Shown here piece after piece: positions 13,801 to 24,742 of a stretch of DNA of 64,000 bases (its first letter is position 1; each line of letters opens with the position of its first letter). A program made the position numbers and the translations under genes. The notes under the pieces are model-generated. The model was not told where the DNA came from. It ran no database searches and saw only the letters and a list, made by a program, of their open reading frames with translations. Location of the stretch: positions 372,001 through 436,000 of the forward strand of contig JAPEUD010000007.1 of the NCBI GenBank assembly GCA_026026165.1. Direction: 5' to 3'. Origin of the DNA: Sarea resinae (Eukaryota).

Positions 13801-14081
13801 TTCACAAGGCCTCGACCCGAAATGTCTTTGCAGCTAATGTTCACACTCGCACCTAATCACTACCGTCGTGATTAGTATTCTCCTTCAAGCCTGCTGAGCC
13901 CCAGAGGCTCTCCGCCTTGATCCCCTTTCATATCCTCTGTTTACCCCTTTCGAGAATTTCCCAAGAGCCCAGCAATACAAGCTTTCACACCGGTTCACGA
14001 CACAGTGTTAAGATCGTTCTACCGGCCTGAGGTTTCTCATCGAGCGTATCTGCCATTGCTTATCGCACAAGATAGAGCGCA

Positions 14082-16597
14082 ATGAGCGACGCATCAGTTA
14101 CCCTCGGCGACGCAGACTTGCTTAGTCTCTCGGCGCCTGACATACTAGGCACCGTCTCCTCTTCTTCACCTTCATCGAACCCTATCCTCTTCACACTCAG
14201 AACCTTAGATTCTGAGCAATCCCATTTCTCTGCCATCGCATCTCCAAACAGCTCAACCGCATCTCCAAACAATTCAACCCCATCTCCACATACTCTCTCA
14301 TCTTTCCTTCCAATAGCAGACTCGGGAAATATGCGTTCTTTTCGAGGACTCGATTCGAGAGCTCTAGAAGCCGATCTCATTACCGAGCAACAGACCATGA
14401 GGTCATCATCACCATCCGGGCAGTCCTCATCTGCCAAGTCTCCAGACAGCCAGGATGGGTTGAGCGATGACAATGATGATCGCACCTACATTGTAGGAGA
14501 AGGTTCTGACAGCTTTGTTGGAAGAGCCGCCACTCCAGAGAACGATGCAGTTGATGATCTCGGGACCAGATTTGCGCAGATCATCTTCGACGTGATCCCA
14601 TCGATCGAAAAGGGCGAGAATGGACCTAACATCATCCAAGGTCAACAAGATCGTTCCCAAGAACTTGATCCTGATAACGAGCCGCGCTACTCTTCGGAGA
14701 GTGACTCTGATCAGGAAGATTCTGGATCTAGGGAAGCACTACAAGATCGTCCGAACCGCACTCATCAAAGCCACAGTCCAAGTCGTCCTGAAGATTCCAA
14801 AGCTGATCCTGCTACAACTTCCGAGAGCACTGGTGGTAAGGAGACTTCCACGAACCCGAACCAGACGTCGAACATTGCAATGGCTCCACCGTCTGGCTTT
14901 CTGGGAAAGAAATCTCAAGTGCTTCACGGCTCATCCGCTCTGCACCCCTCAAAGCACACAACAGAGGATGATAAGCTCCAAGGAGCAAAGATGACTGACA
15001 GCCCTTTTGGACTCGATGGGGACTTCGTGTCCTCAATCTCGGAACGGGTCAAAACGCGTGTCCCTAGAGCAACACTCTTCGGCACTGCCACGAGAGCCTG
15101 TCAAACGACACAAGAGCAGCCCGTCGTCCCACCGACTCCGTTCCAACGGCCCGCCAGACGTCGCCCTCGTGCTGATGAGATTCCTTACTGTACGTGCGGC
15201 AGGCCTGACGACGGCAGTACCATGGTGCGATGCTCAAAGGTCAATGACTGTGGAATCAAATGGTATCACCTAGCATGCACGAACCTTGATCATGTTCCTG
15301 AGCCCAAAGGTAAGCTCTCTCTTCTCGTATTCTGTTCAGTATCTCGTCTTCGGGGTGTCCTTTTTGTATCGCTTTCTGGTCTTTTGTGCTCGCGTTCAGA
15401 ATTTCTCTTTTCTGTCAAGACGTTCCTTCACTTCTTTATTTCCTTTAATTCTTTTCTTTCCCCCTTTCCACACACTATCAATGGCCGATTACTAACATCT
15501 CCACCCGCGGCGTTTTAGAGCGATGGTACTGTCATAATTGCCAATTGAATATGGCGCTCGACGAGATCGGACCCTTGATCGGCACCCCTCTAGGACCCAC
15601 GATGATAGACGTGGTCGATGCAAGCTTGGATCGCTTCTACAACACCGGGGTTGTCGCTAGTCGTCAACTCCAGCGCCTCTATGCCAAGCTTGCTGATCTC
15701 GTCGATGATCCTTTCCATAAGCAATGGTTCGCGTCGCTTGCCAACCCTCGTGCCGATCGTGCTGCTGGTGCTGGTCATGGTGCCAATGATGCTGCTGGCA
15801 GGAATGTCGGTGGTAATGCCCCTGGCCGTGCCGTTCCAAATGTTCTTGCTCCCGCTGGGGCTAATAATCTCGGCCACTCTGGTGGCAATGTCTTCGGTCA
15901 ATCTGGGTCCAGTGCTGGTTCCGATTCCAGCGACAAAGTCTCTCTTCACGCTAGAGGCAATATCGCTGGTCTCCAGTCTTCCAGTCCTAGTCCTCATGCT
16001 GGAGGCAATGCCTTTGGTCACAGTCATGCCAATGTCGGTGCTCATGCTCTGGGCAATGTTGGTGGCCGCGCCCCTTTGGGTGACGTTGGTGACTTCCCGG
16101 CTGGACAGACCAGGCGTGTGGCTGAAGATGCTAGGGCTCGGGCTGATCTCCCTAGGGATCTGGCTGAAGCGAATAGAGCTTGGCCAATGTCCAACCTTCC
16201 CTCTCATCCTGATGTTTCTGCTCCTCGGTACGCTGGTCCTCATCCTGGAGACAGCAGAGGCAACGTCTTTGGTCCAGCTAAGGCCAACTCTGATCTTCGA
16301 GCCGTGAGCAGTGTCGGCCGTCAACTGATAGGTAACACTGATGGAAACGCCGCCGATGATCCTCGACCGAGCAACGTGAGATCTGATATCAGACACGCCG
16401 CCGCCTCCCTTGGACTCGAACCGGATCAGCAGGGAACCGCATGTGTGGGCACCGCCAATACGGCCGGCCCCGCCGCCCTCGCCGCCGCCGCCAACGCGGG
16501 GCTCGAGCAGCAGAGCCGGGATGACAGTCTTGATGATTCCTGCTCCGATGACGAGTACGATTCCTCCTCCTCGGATGATGAGGACAACGCCAACTGA
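14082..16597 (+). CDS. Low-complexity protein with one ING-type PHD finger
   Basis: Splicing 15310-15518 (GTAAGC...CTAAC...TAG) joins the two long ORFs and completes C4HC3: YCTCGRPDDGSTMVRCSKVNDCGIKWYHLACTNLDHVPEPKERWYCHNC. Confidence 0.8.
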
Positions 16598-16939
16598 TCG
16601 TGCTGGTTAGGTATGGAGGTTTGGATGGGCAGTGACGACGGAGCCGGATGCACGGCGGCGGGGGGGATTCACTAGTCCCTAAGAGACGGCGCACCACGGG
16701 CAACAGATTCACCTGCGTTCAATTACTCCATGGCGCCGTGGCCGTCACCACCCAGCAGCAGGATGCCAATGATTCCCGCGGTTTTTAACACTTTCAGGCC
16801 CATCCGTTCCTTCGAGACTTGCACGATCATGTTTGCGATGACGAGGTTTTCCCTGCTTTTTTTTTTCTTTCTTTTTTTTTTGCCCGTTCGTCGTTTGTGG
16901 GGATTGGTCTGCAGTCTGGGTTGACGGGATACAAGGGAC

Positions 16940-17322
16940 GAGATACGAGATACGAGAGACGGGAATTGGGAATTGGGAATTGGGAATTGGGAAGGCTGGC
17001 TGGGATTGATTGGTTGATTGAATTGATTGGATTTGTTTCATGCGATTCATTTGGTCGAGGATATCAGTCAAGTCAGTCGAGGAAGTCAGTTCGGGTCAGT
17101 CAGTTCGTCGAGGATATCGGTCAACTCAGTCAGTCAGTCAGCCAGTCGGGGTTTTTACTTGGCGTGCTTTTCCTTTCGGTTCCTTTGGTGTCGTTTAGCT
17201 ATAGTTTGGTCGGCCGGGCCAAACAGTCGGTCAAGAAGTCATTCAAAAAAGTTTGAGAAAGGTTCAAAAGTCGGTCGAAAAGTTTCGTCTCTAGACACAG
17301 CGGTGATAGGTGATAGGTGATA

Positions 17323-17357
<35 letters not shown>

Positions 17358-17800
17358 AAGAGGCTAAACAACAATAGTAATAATGATGATAATGGTGATG
17401 ATAGTAATAACACCCTCTCTGCAAACACACACACGCAATTAATTAGGTTTGCATTAGTTACCTAGTCAGTTGGTTGGTTAGTTCCAGGGATCTAGGGTTC
17501 TAAGTTACGGGTCTATCTAGGTACCTTAGGTAAATCATATATCTAGGAGAAGAAAAAATCAAGAGACGTACGTAGTAGGTAGTAAGTAGGAGGATTTCTA
17601 TTACTTCTATTACAGAGTACACGTGGTAAAGACTCTTAGGACCTTGAAGATTTTTTAGACGTAGGGTTAGACTTGGGATTGGGATTGGACTAGGCTTGGA
17701 CTTGGGATTGGAACTAGAAGTGCACTTGGATTTGAACTTGGATTTTAGACTTTGGTTTAGACTTGGACTTGGTTTTAGACTTTGGAATTAAATATTTGGC
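16940..17800. repeat. Simple-sequence block: (GGGAATT)n, (TCAG)n, (TGA)n and a degenerate (TTGGAC/TTAGAC)n tract
   Basis: Directly visible tandem units at about 16961-16993, 17318-17357 and 17667-17790. Confidence 0.85.
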
Positions 17801-18202
17801 CACTTTTGAATTCTATGGACGGGAAAAACTTGCTAGGTAAGGGTAGACAAGAGAACAGGACACAGAGAAAAGGGTAGATGGACAAAGAGAAAAAGAAAAA
17901 ACCTGGGGAGCTTGTGATGGCGAGTTCGACGGATGGATGACAGATAGATAGATGCATGGATAGGTAGGTAGGTAGGACGTACGAATCGTGGTATCTCGGA
18001 CATATTTGGCAGAAGACGGAGAGATGCGGGAACGAGGCGGACCGGGTTGGGATGGCCAACAAGAAAAAAGGACAGCGAAAAGAGGATATTATGTGCACGG
18101 CCATCGATCGGTCGAGTATGAACAAACAGATCAAAGACGCTATGGAAGTGGAAGAACAACAACAATCCGCGGGCGCTGCACATCCGGAGACCCAGAAAAC
18201 TA

Positions 18203-21040
18203 CTACTCTTCGTCGGCCTCGAAAAAGGTCAAGATGGCATGGATGCCCTTGGTGCCCAGGCCATACTCGGGATAACACACATAGACCGGATCCTCGGTCG
18301 CGCCCAGCTTCTCCCGGAACTCGCCCTTGGCCGTCAGCTTCAGCTGCGAGGCGATGCTGTTGTAGCTGCGGGACAGGAACTTGACGCGGAAGCCGCTGAG
18401 ATTCTTGCCGGGCGTCAGCGTGGCCGTGGCGGCGCCGCCAAAGGTGACGCGCTTGGCGCCGGCCTCGCGCGCGACGTGCATCGCGTGGATGGTGATGTAC
18501 TCGATGGTGCCACCGGGTGCGCCCGGGAAGTCGAGCGAGTACTTGATCTGGTAGCCGTTCTGGGGCGCCAGCTGGGCCAGCACGATGAGCGCGCAGATCT
18601 TGCCCGAGGCGTCGCGCGCGTACGACACGATGCGGTGTTCCGGGTCGCGCCACGGGTGCAGCGCCGTCAGATGCACCTGCGTGCCCTTGCGGTTGGCCAG
18701 CCAATCCTTCATGCGCGCGTCGCACTCGCGCTGGATGTCATCCGGCACGATGGTGAAGGGGGCCACATCGAAGATCTTGACGCCCTCCTTTTCGGCGTGC
18801 CGCACCTTGCGCTTGATGGCCGGGTCGTCCTCGGCCGGATTCTTGGCCGGGTCGGCGCGCTCCTCGGCCGCGCACGACAGCGTGCGCCAGCCGAGCTTGT
18901 TGCCCAGGATCTCCTCGACGTCGCGGCTGGCAAGGAGCCAGACGGGCTTGAGGCCGTGCTTCTTCTTCAGCCACTGCAGAAAGGACCGCACCACGAGCGT
19001 GTATTGGGACTTCTCGCACAGCGGATCGCCGAGGATGCAGGCGAAGCCTTCCGAGGGCACGAAGCCGACGGCCGCGCCCGTGTCCTCGTGGCGCCACACT
19101 TGATAGCGGTCGTCGAGCCAAGCCGTGTTGGTGCTGTCGCCGTAGTTGGCGATGAGTTTCTCGAGCGGTTGGAATTCCTTGTCGAGCAGGGCCTCCAGCT
19201 TGCCGCCTTCCCATGGCGGGTGCAGGGTGCTTGCTTCCGGGTAGCGCAGCGGCGAGACCGGCGGCCGGGCCGGCAGCGACTTGGGGTCGCGTGGGAAGAG
19301 CGAGGCCCAGCGCACGTTGCCGAGAGCGAGGATGAGCATGACGATGCGCTCGAGGCCGATGCCGCCACCGGCGTGCGGAGGGGCGCCCCATCGGAAACCT
19401 TGCATGTAGTCTTCCATGTCGTTGGGATCGATGCCCTGTTTGCGCATGCGGGACTCGAGGAGCGTGGCGTCGTGGATGCGCTGGCCACCGGAGAGAATCT
19501 CCTGGCCACGCACGAAGATGTCATACGAGTTGGTGAAGCGATCGTCGTTGGGGTCAGGCATGGTGTAGAAAGGTCGAGGGGAGCTGGGGAATTTGTCGAG
19601 GATGTAGTAGTCGGTGTGGTACTTCTCCTTGACCAGCTGGCCGAGGCGGATCTCGTCGCGCGTGTGCAGATCTTCGTACGGGGACGGCTCCTTGCCGTCC
19701 TCGTCCTTCCAGCCGGAATCGATCAGCATCTGGATGCCCTCCTTGAAGGGAATGATGGGCGTCTGGTCCAGCCAAACGAGGTCCTCGTGCGGGAAGTGCT
19801 TCTTCACCACGTCCACTTCGCGTCGATAGCGCTCGTAGATTCCCTTGAAGACGAACTTCAAGGCATTGTCGATCATGGTCAGGGCTTCGTGGTAGTGCTC
19901 CTCGATGGACATTTCGATATCCAGCCCCGTGTATTCCGTCAGATGTCGGTGGGTATTACTGTTCTCGGCACGGAAGATCGGGCCCACTTCATAGACCCTC
20001 TCCATATCCGCAGCGATGCACATCTGCTTGGCCAATTGCGGGCTCTGCGCCAGATAGGCCGGCCGGCCGAAATAGTTGACTTCGAAGACGCTCGAACCGG
20101 ACTCGGTTGCCGAGCCTTGCAGTTTGGGCGTATGGATCTCGACAAAACCTTGCGAGTCGAGGTAGGTACGGAAGAGATTGCAGACGCCCGAATTGATTCG
20201 GAAGACACCCTGCGAGGTCGGAGTACGAAGGTCGATGATGCGGTTGAAGAGAAGCGTTCGGTCGGTGATGTGGCTCTTGTGGTGCTGCTCGTTGTCCTTG
20301 TCTCGCGACAGTTCGGCCTCGTAGACGTTGAAGGGCAGTGGTTCCGTCATCTGCGTGACGATGTGAATCTTCTCGATGAAGACCTCGGCGTCGTGGATCT
20401 GCGCGCCTTTGACTTCCTCCTTCGGCTTCTGCACGACACCGGTGACGAGCACGATGGCTTCGGCCGGGATCCGTTCGGCCCACTTGACCATGTGCGGGGT
20501 GATGGCACCGGCGCGCGCCAGGAGCACACCTTGAATGGTCATGAGCTGCTGGCGAAAGACGAAGAAGCCGAGCTTGGCGCTCATCTTGCGGAAGGTCTCG
20601 ACGCGGCATCGGAAGGTGATGGTCTCGCCGATGTTTTTGGATGAGATGGTATCGATCTGCGTGCGCTTCTCGTGCTTCCAGTCCTCGTCCTTGGACACGA
20701 GTAGCGGCAGCGTGCCATAACGCGCGCGCACCTCGGGCGGCTCCTCTTTGGCCGCGCGCTCGTCTTCCTCGCGCTTCCGATCTTCGACTTCGCGTTCGCG
20801 CATGAGACTCTGCCGACGCTTGAAATCCTGCGATTCTCTCTTGTTATGCCGTCTCAACTGGCTCTTGCTCATGCGCTCGCCATTCTCGTTCAGCGGTCCG
20901 TCGCTGTCCGACGACGAGGACGGCTCCGACTCGCGGACCTTGGCGACGGCCTTGTGCTCCGCCCTCTGCTCGGCATGGTTATAGACAATGTCCTTGCCGT
21001 TCGACTTGAACTTGGACAGGGCTCTTCTCAGGGCCGACAT
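18203..21040 (-). CDS. erdS: Aspartyl-tRNA synthetase fused to a DUF2156/aminoacyl-transferase domain: ergosteryl-3beta-O-aspartate synthase
   Basis: Intronless 945-aa ORF. OB-fold anticodon domain, class II motif 1 (GFVEIHTPKL), AYLAQSPQL, motif 2 (FRAENSNTHRHLTEY) and motif 3 (GGGIGLER). After RDPK comes a ~350-aa extension (LIANYGDSTNTAW, LGDPLC, GAPGGTIE, FREKLGA) resembling the MprF/LPG-synthase C-terminal domain. Confidence 0.93.
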   Translation of the reverse strand: MSALRRALSKFKSNGKDIVYNHAEQRAEHKAVAKVRESEPSSSSDSDGPLNENGERMSKSQLRRHNKRESQDFKRRQSLMREREVEDRKREEDERAAKEEPPEVRARYGTLPLLVSKDEDWKHEKRTQIDTISSKNIGETITFRCRVETFRKMSAKLGFFVFRQQLMTIQGVLLARAGAITPHMVKWAERIPAEAIVLVTGVVQKPKEEVKGAQIHDAEVFIEKIHIVTQMTEPLPFNVYEAELSRDKDNEQHHKSHITDRTLLFNRIIDLRTPTSQGVFRINSGVCNLFRTYLDSQGFVEIHTPKLQGSATESGSSVFEVNYFGRPAYLAQSPQLAKQMCIAADMERVYEVGPIFRAENSNTHRHLTEYTGLDIEMSIEEHYHEALTMIDNALKFVFKGIYERYRREVDVVKKHFPHEDLVWLDQTPIIPFKEGIQMLIDSGWKDEDGKEPSPYEDLHTRDEIRLGQLVKEKYHTDYYILDKFPSSPRPFYTMPDPNDDRFTNSYDIFVRGQEILSGGQRIHDATLLESRMRKQGIDPNDMEDYMQGFRWGAPPHAGGGIGLERIVMLILALGNVRWASLFPRDPKSLPARPPVSPLRYPEASTLHPPWEGGKLEALLDKEFQPLEKLIANYGDSTNTAWLDDRYQVWRHEDTGAAVGFVPSEGFACILGDPLCEKSQYTLVVRSFLQWLKKKHGLKPVWLLASRDVEEILGNKLGWRTLSCAAEERADPAKNPAEDDPAIKRKVRHAEKEGVKIFDVAPFTIVPDDIQRECDARMKDWLANRKGTQVHLTALHPWRDPEHRIVSYARDASGKICALIVLAQLAPQNGYQIKYSLDFPGAPGGTIEYITIHAMHVAREAGAKRVTFGGAATATLTPGKNLSGFRVKFLSRSYNSIASQLKLTAKGEFREKLGATEDPVYVCYPEYGLGTKGIHAILTFFEADEE

Positions 21041-22406
21041 GGCGCTCGACGGGTGTCCTGATCGTTGCGCCTCGCTGCGATGTGTCTGGAAGACAATTGC
21101 GATGGAAAGGAACGGGAAGCAGCAGTGGCGGGATTAAAGAGGAAAGAAGAGTCGAAGGGGGATGCACAACCGGAAATTGTGAGGATCCGGGGGGCTGCAG
21201 ATTGTGCGTGCGTGTGATGTCAGAGCAGGATGATGGGCTGGGACCCGGGGGGGGGGGGGGGGGAGCACCTCAGATATTATCTGGGATGAGTAAGGCACGG
21301 TCAGGAAAAAGGAGCCCGTCGGCGGTCTTCGGTCGGGCACTGATTGGCCCGTGTCAAGTCCGACGGCGATGGGAATGGGATGCTGAATAAGAACGTTGAC
21401 GATTCAAGAGAAGGCGAAGGAGAAGATTCACGATGCTACTAGTAGTGCGTGTAATAACGACGAGGACGAAGACGCTGACTACGACGTAGTGACGGACTCG
21501 CCGGTCGTCTTACTCGTCGGCCGTTGCGAGGTACCCGTCACGCCCGCTAGAGGCGACTTGATTACTTAGCACGGCCGCCGGAAGAGAGGGTCCGGCCTCT
21601 CCCCATGGAGTCATTCATTGATCGTGAAGACGACCAGAACAGGAAGACTCAGAGGCAGCGGCAGAAGCATCCAGAAGAACGAAAAGCCTCAATGATCCCA
21701 TGATCCCATGATTCCATGATGCCCCCTCTGCATCTTCCTCATCATTGAGGGATTCGTGGACCGTGAGAATCATCTCGATCTCCGATGGGCGAGAAGATTC
21801 TTGCAGGTTGCACCTATTTTGGTCGAGCCCGTCCGCGGCCGGGATCTGTAATTGCGACGCTTCGACCTGCAGTAGCCGGTACCTGGCCCGAGGAGCTCTC
21901 GACGCGGCAGAGACAAGTACCCAGCACATGCCGCGACCCGACGCAGCCGTGTCGGACCGAGGACTGCCTGACATGCATGGATACAGAATATGAAGTACAT
22001 TCCTCTCCTGCGTCGTGGTGGTGTCAGATCAGGTACCAGTCACCCAAGCTTCCGCACGGTCCTCACTCGGTGCGCTTGCTTCCCCTGGCTCGGCCGAGGA
22101 GGGCAATCATGGAGGGATGCCTTGTACATAGTAGTAGAGTACCGTACAGCTACGGCAACTCCGGCGCTCAATTGGATTTGTCGCAGTCTCGCATTCGGCG
22201 TCAAACGCTGACGCTGCTCATTCGTGCCGTGAGTCATGCTTCTCCCTGGCCGCAGCTGCTCGACATTTGTGCGCGGGCACATCTTTGTGCTCGAGGAGAA
22301 CATACTGCGTAATTCGACCATCATCCTCGGCTGTCGGAGTCCAAGGCTGCCGACATCGTACCTGCTGAAGGTATTCGTACACTGCCGTGTCAGACGGTTG
22401 GTCACT

Positions 22407-22531
22407 TGACGTGGGTGGCCGTCAGCGCTCGTCAGCTCTCCCGTCGTCAGCTCTCCCGTCGTCAGCTCTCGTCAGCGCTCGTCACTTCTCGTCACTTCTC
22501 CTCAATTCCCCCTCGTCGTCTCTTTATATAA
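22407..22531 (+). promoter_or_regulatory. Tandem CGTCA/TGACG half-site array followed by TATATAA in the erdS-erdH intergenic region
   Basis: TGACG at 22407; CGTCA at 22420, 22430, 22445, 22460, 22470, 22480 and 22490; TATATAA at 22525-22531. Confidence 0.5.
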
Positions 22532-23367
22532 GGCTCGCCGGTGCGCCGTCGCGATGATGCGGGTACCGATGGCTTTCTTTCGTGGGTGGGTCTCGTGGGA
22601 GTGCTCTCGTATCGTCTTTCACTTTCTCTCCGCTGCATCCGCCCGCTCTCCTCTCGAGACGTGATGATGCAAATGCAACACCCAAGGGTACCTCTCGAGG
22701 CAGCCAAACATGCTCGGAGATGAGGTACTGTATGTATCTACCGTATCTGTCTACTTACTCCAATGCTACTTTATTTGCTGGCATACTGCTTCAACCATAG
22801 TCAAGAATTGAGGATTATTAATCCCTTTCCAGCTTCTTCCGTGTGAGACTTATATAGAGCCAGGGGCGTCATCTCGCGACATGGCCTGGATGGACAGGAT
22901 GCAGCTCTGTCCATCATCATTCTTGACCTTCTCCTTTGGGATCTGCCTTCCATCCGCCTCCGGCACCATCCCGAATCAGCGACGTTTGGCGGTCTTGACC
23001 TCCGGTACCTCCGTACCGCATTGCCTCCTGCGGACGACCAGATCCCCCCAAGGGCAGTGCCCTGGCTGAGTCAGCGGTCGTCTGCGCTGCCCACGATGCG
23101 ACGACGCGTGTGTGCCCTAACCATGTGGGGATTGGGCCTGCTGCTTGCGGTAATGTGCAGCGTCATCGTGCTGGTAGGTGATCGTGATTGATCTGATGTT
23201 CGTCTGATGTTGTCCATGTCCACGCTCGCCGTCCCCAACGCGGAGAGTGACATAGCATCCATTGCGTTGGCCAAGCGTCCCAACTGATCCTCTCTCCACA
23301 CCCCCTTATCACGACCCTTATCTCCCCTTTCTCGCTCCGTACTACCGTACCCTTTCGTTTCATCACC

Positions 23368-23398
<31 letters not shown>

Positions 23399-23554
23399 TC
23401 TCCAATGCCATCCTGCTTGGTGGACGACGACAACGACAGCAACAACAACAATAACAATCATAACAAAGAAGTCATACTGATGTGGACATACCAAACCTCA
23501 TACTAGAATTACCATCACCCTTCTCCAGCTCTAGCCTCCGTCACCCCTCCGACA

Positions 23555-24742
23555 ATGGCTACCACTCAAGCCACGGCGGGTCCCAGCGGCCACCGAAGAA
23601 ATAAAACAATCGACACCATCGCCTCCGTAGCCGACCCACGGCGGTCCTCGGTCATCATTCCCACCAAGGCCGAACTCAGGCACTTGTCCAAGGCGCCCTC
23701 GCGGTGGTATCTCCGTATGCAGGCGCTGTGGTGGCGCGTCCTGATGTCCTGGGGCATGTTCTTCCATCGACTGCCCTCGCCTCGCCCTCCCCACCCGTCC
23801 TTTTCCCGCGTGGTCTCGTCGACGGTGTCGCCGACGCCGGGAACCTTTAAACTGCAATTCTACACGCCGGCCAACTACACGATGCGCGAGCCCGACCGGC
23901 GCTTCCCCGTCGTCGTCAACTTCCACGGCGGCGGCTTCACCATCGGCACGGCCACCGACGACGCCCGCTTCGCCCACCGCATCATCAACGACGTGCCGGC
24001 CGTCTTCGTGTCGGTCGAGTACCGTCTGGCGCCCGAGTATCCATTCCCGACGGCGGTCGAGGACGGCGTCGACGCGATTCTGTATTTGGTCGACCACGCC
24101 GACGAGCTGGGCATCGACCCGATGAACATCGCGCTCACGGGCTTCTCGGCCGGCGGCAACCTCGCATTCACCGTGCCGCTGAAGCTGCACGACCGCACGC
24201 TGATCTCGCGGCACTCGGTCGACCTGGGCGCCGTCAACTCGGGCTCGCAGGGCTGGGACATCAAGGCCATTGTGGCCTGGTACCCGGCGACGGACTGCAC
24301 CAAGACGCGGGCGCAGCGGCGGGCGGCCAATCCGCGGCCCGACAAGCACGTGCCGTCGTACCTGACCGACCTCTTCGACTTCTCGTACCTGCCGTCGGTG
24401 ACAGACCAGCGTGCGCTGTCAGACCCGTACCTGTCGCCGGGCGTGGCCCCAGACGCCATCCTCAAGCACCTGCCAGCCGACATCTCCATCTACGCGTGCG
24501 AGTGGGACATGCTGCTGGGCGAGGCGCAGCGGTTCTCGCATCGGCTGCGCGACGACGCGGGCAAGAACGTCAAGTTCAACGTCATCGAGGGCGTGCACCA
24601 CGCCTGGGACAAGAGCCCGAATCCCTTTTCGCTGCATCCCGCCACCATGGGCCGGTACAAGCTGGCGTGCGAGGATCTGAAGAAGGCCTTTGAGGGCGTC
24701 GAGTGGGTCAGTGACATTGAAGATTTCAAGGAGAGCGTTTAG
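23555..24742 (+). CDS. erdH: HSL-family alpha/beta hydrolase, probable ergosteryl-aspartate hydrolase
   Basis: Intronless 395-aa ORF with HGGGF oxyanion motif, YRLAPEYPFP, GFSAGG nucleophile elbow, EWDML (Asp) and HHAWD (His). Divergent from erdS, as in the described locus. Confidence 0.87.
   Translation: MATTQATAGPSGHRRNKTIDTIASVADPRRSSVIIPTKAELRHLSKAPSRWYLRMQALWWRVLMSWGMFFHRLPSPRPPHPSFSRVVSSTVSPTPGTFKLQFYTPANYTMREPDRRFPVVVNFHGGGFTIGTATDDARFAHRIINDVPAVFVSVEYRLAPEYPFPTAVEDGVDAILYLVDHADELGIDPMNIALTGFSAGGNLAFTVPLKLHDRTLISRHSVDLGAVNSGSQGWDIKAIVAWYPATDCTKTRAQRRAANPRPDKHVPSYLTDLFDFSYLPSVTDQRALSDPYLSPGVAPDAILKHLPADISIYACEWDMLLGEAQRFSHRLRDDAGKNVKFNVIEGVHHAWDKSPNPFSLHPATMGRYKLACEDLKKAFEGVEWVSDIEDFKESV

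Noticed and set aside
17660..17800. Interstitial telomere repeat
   Set aside because: Units are TTGGAC/TTGGGA/TTAGAC, not tandem TTAGGG.
18239..20644. 801-aa ORF antisense to erdS
   Set aside because: Shadow ORF caused by high third-position GC on the sense strand; no recognisable domain.
18203..21040. Calling this the housekeeping cytosolic AspRS (DPS1)
   Set aside because: The ~350-aa C-terminal extension and the divergent hydrolase neighbour fit ErdS.
22420..22500. CRISPR-like array
   Set aside because: Units are 10-15 bp with no unique spacers, in a eukaryotic context with no cas genes.
23531..24349. 272-aa ORF antisense to erdH (also 15590-16396 and 55691-56350)
   Set aside because: Codon-bias shadows of well-supported genes on the other strand.
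18203..24742. Recent horizontal transfer of the intronless, GC-rich erdS-erdH pair
   Set aside because: The AspRS is eukaryote-type, the pair is known in other fungi, similar GC-rich stretches occur in ordinary genes here, and there are no mobility genes.
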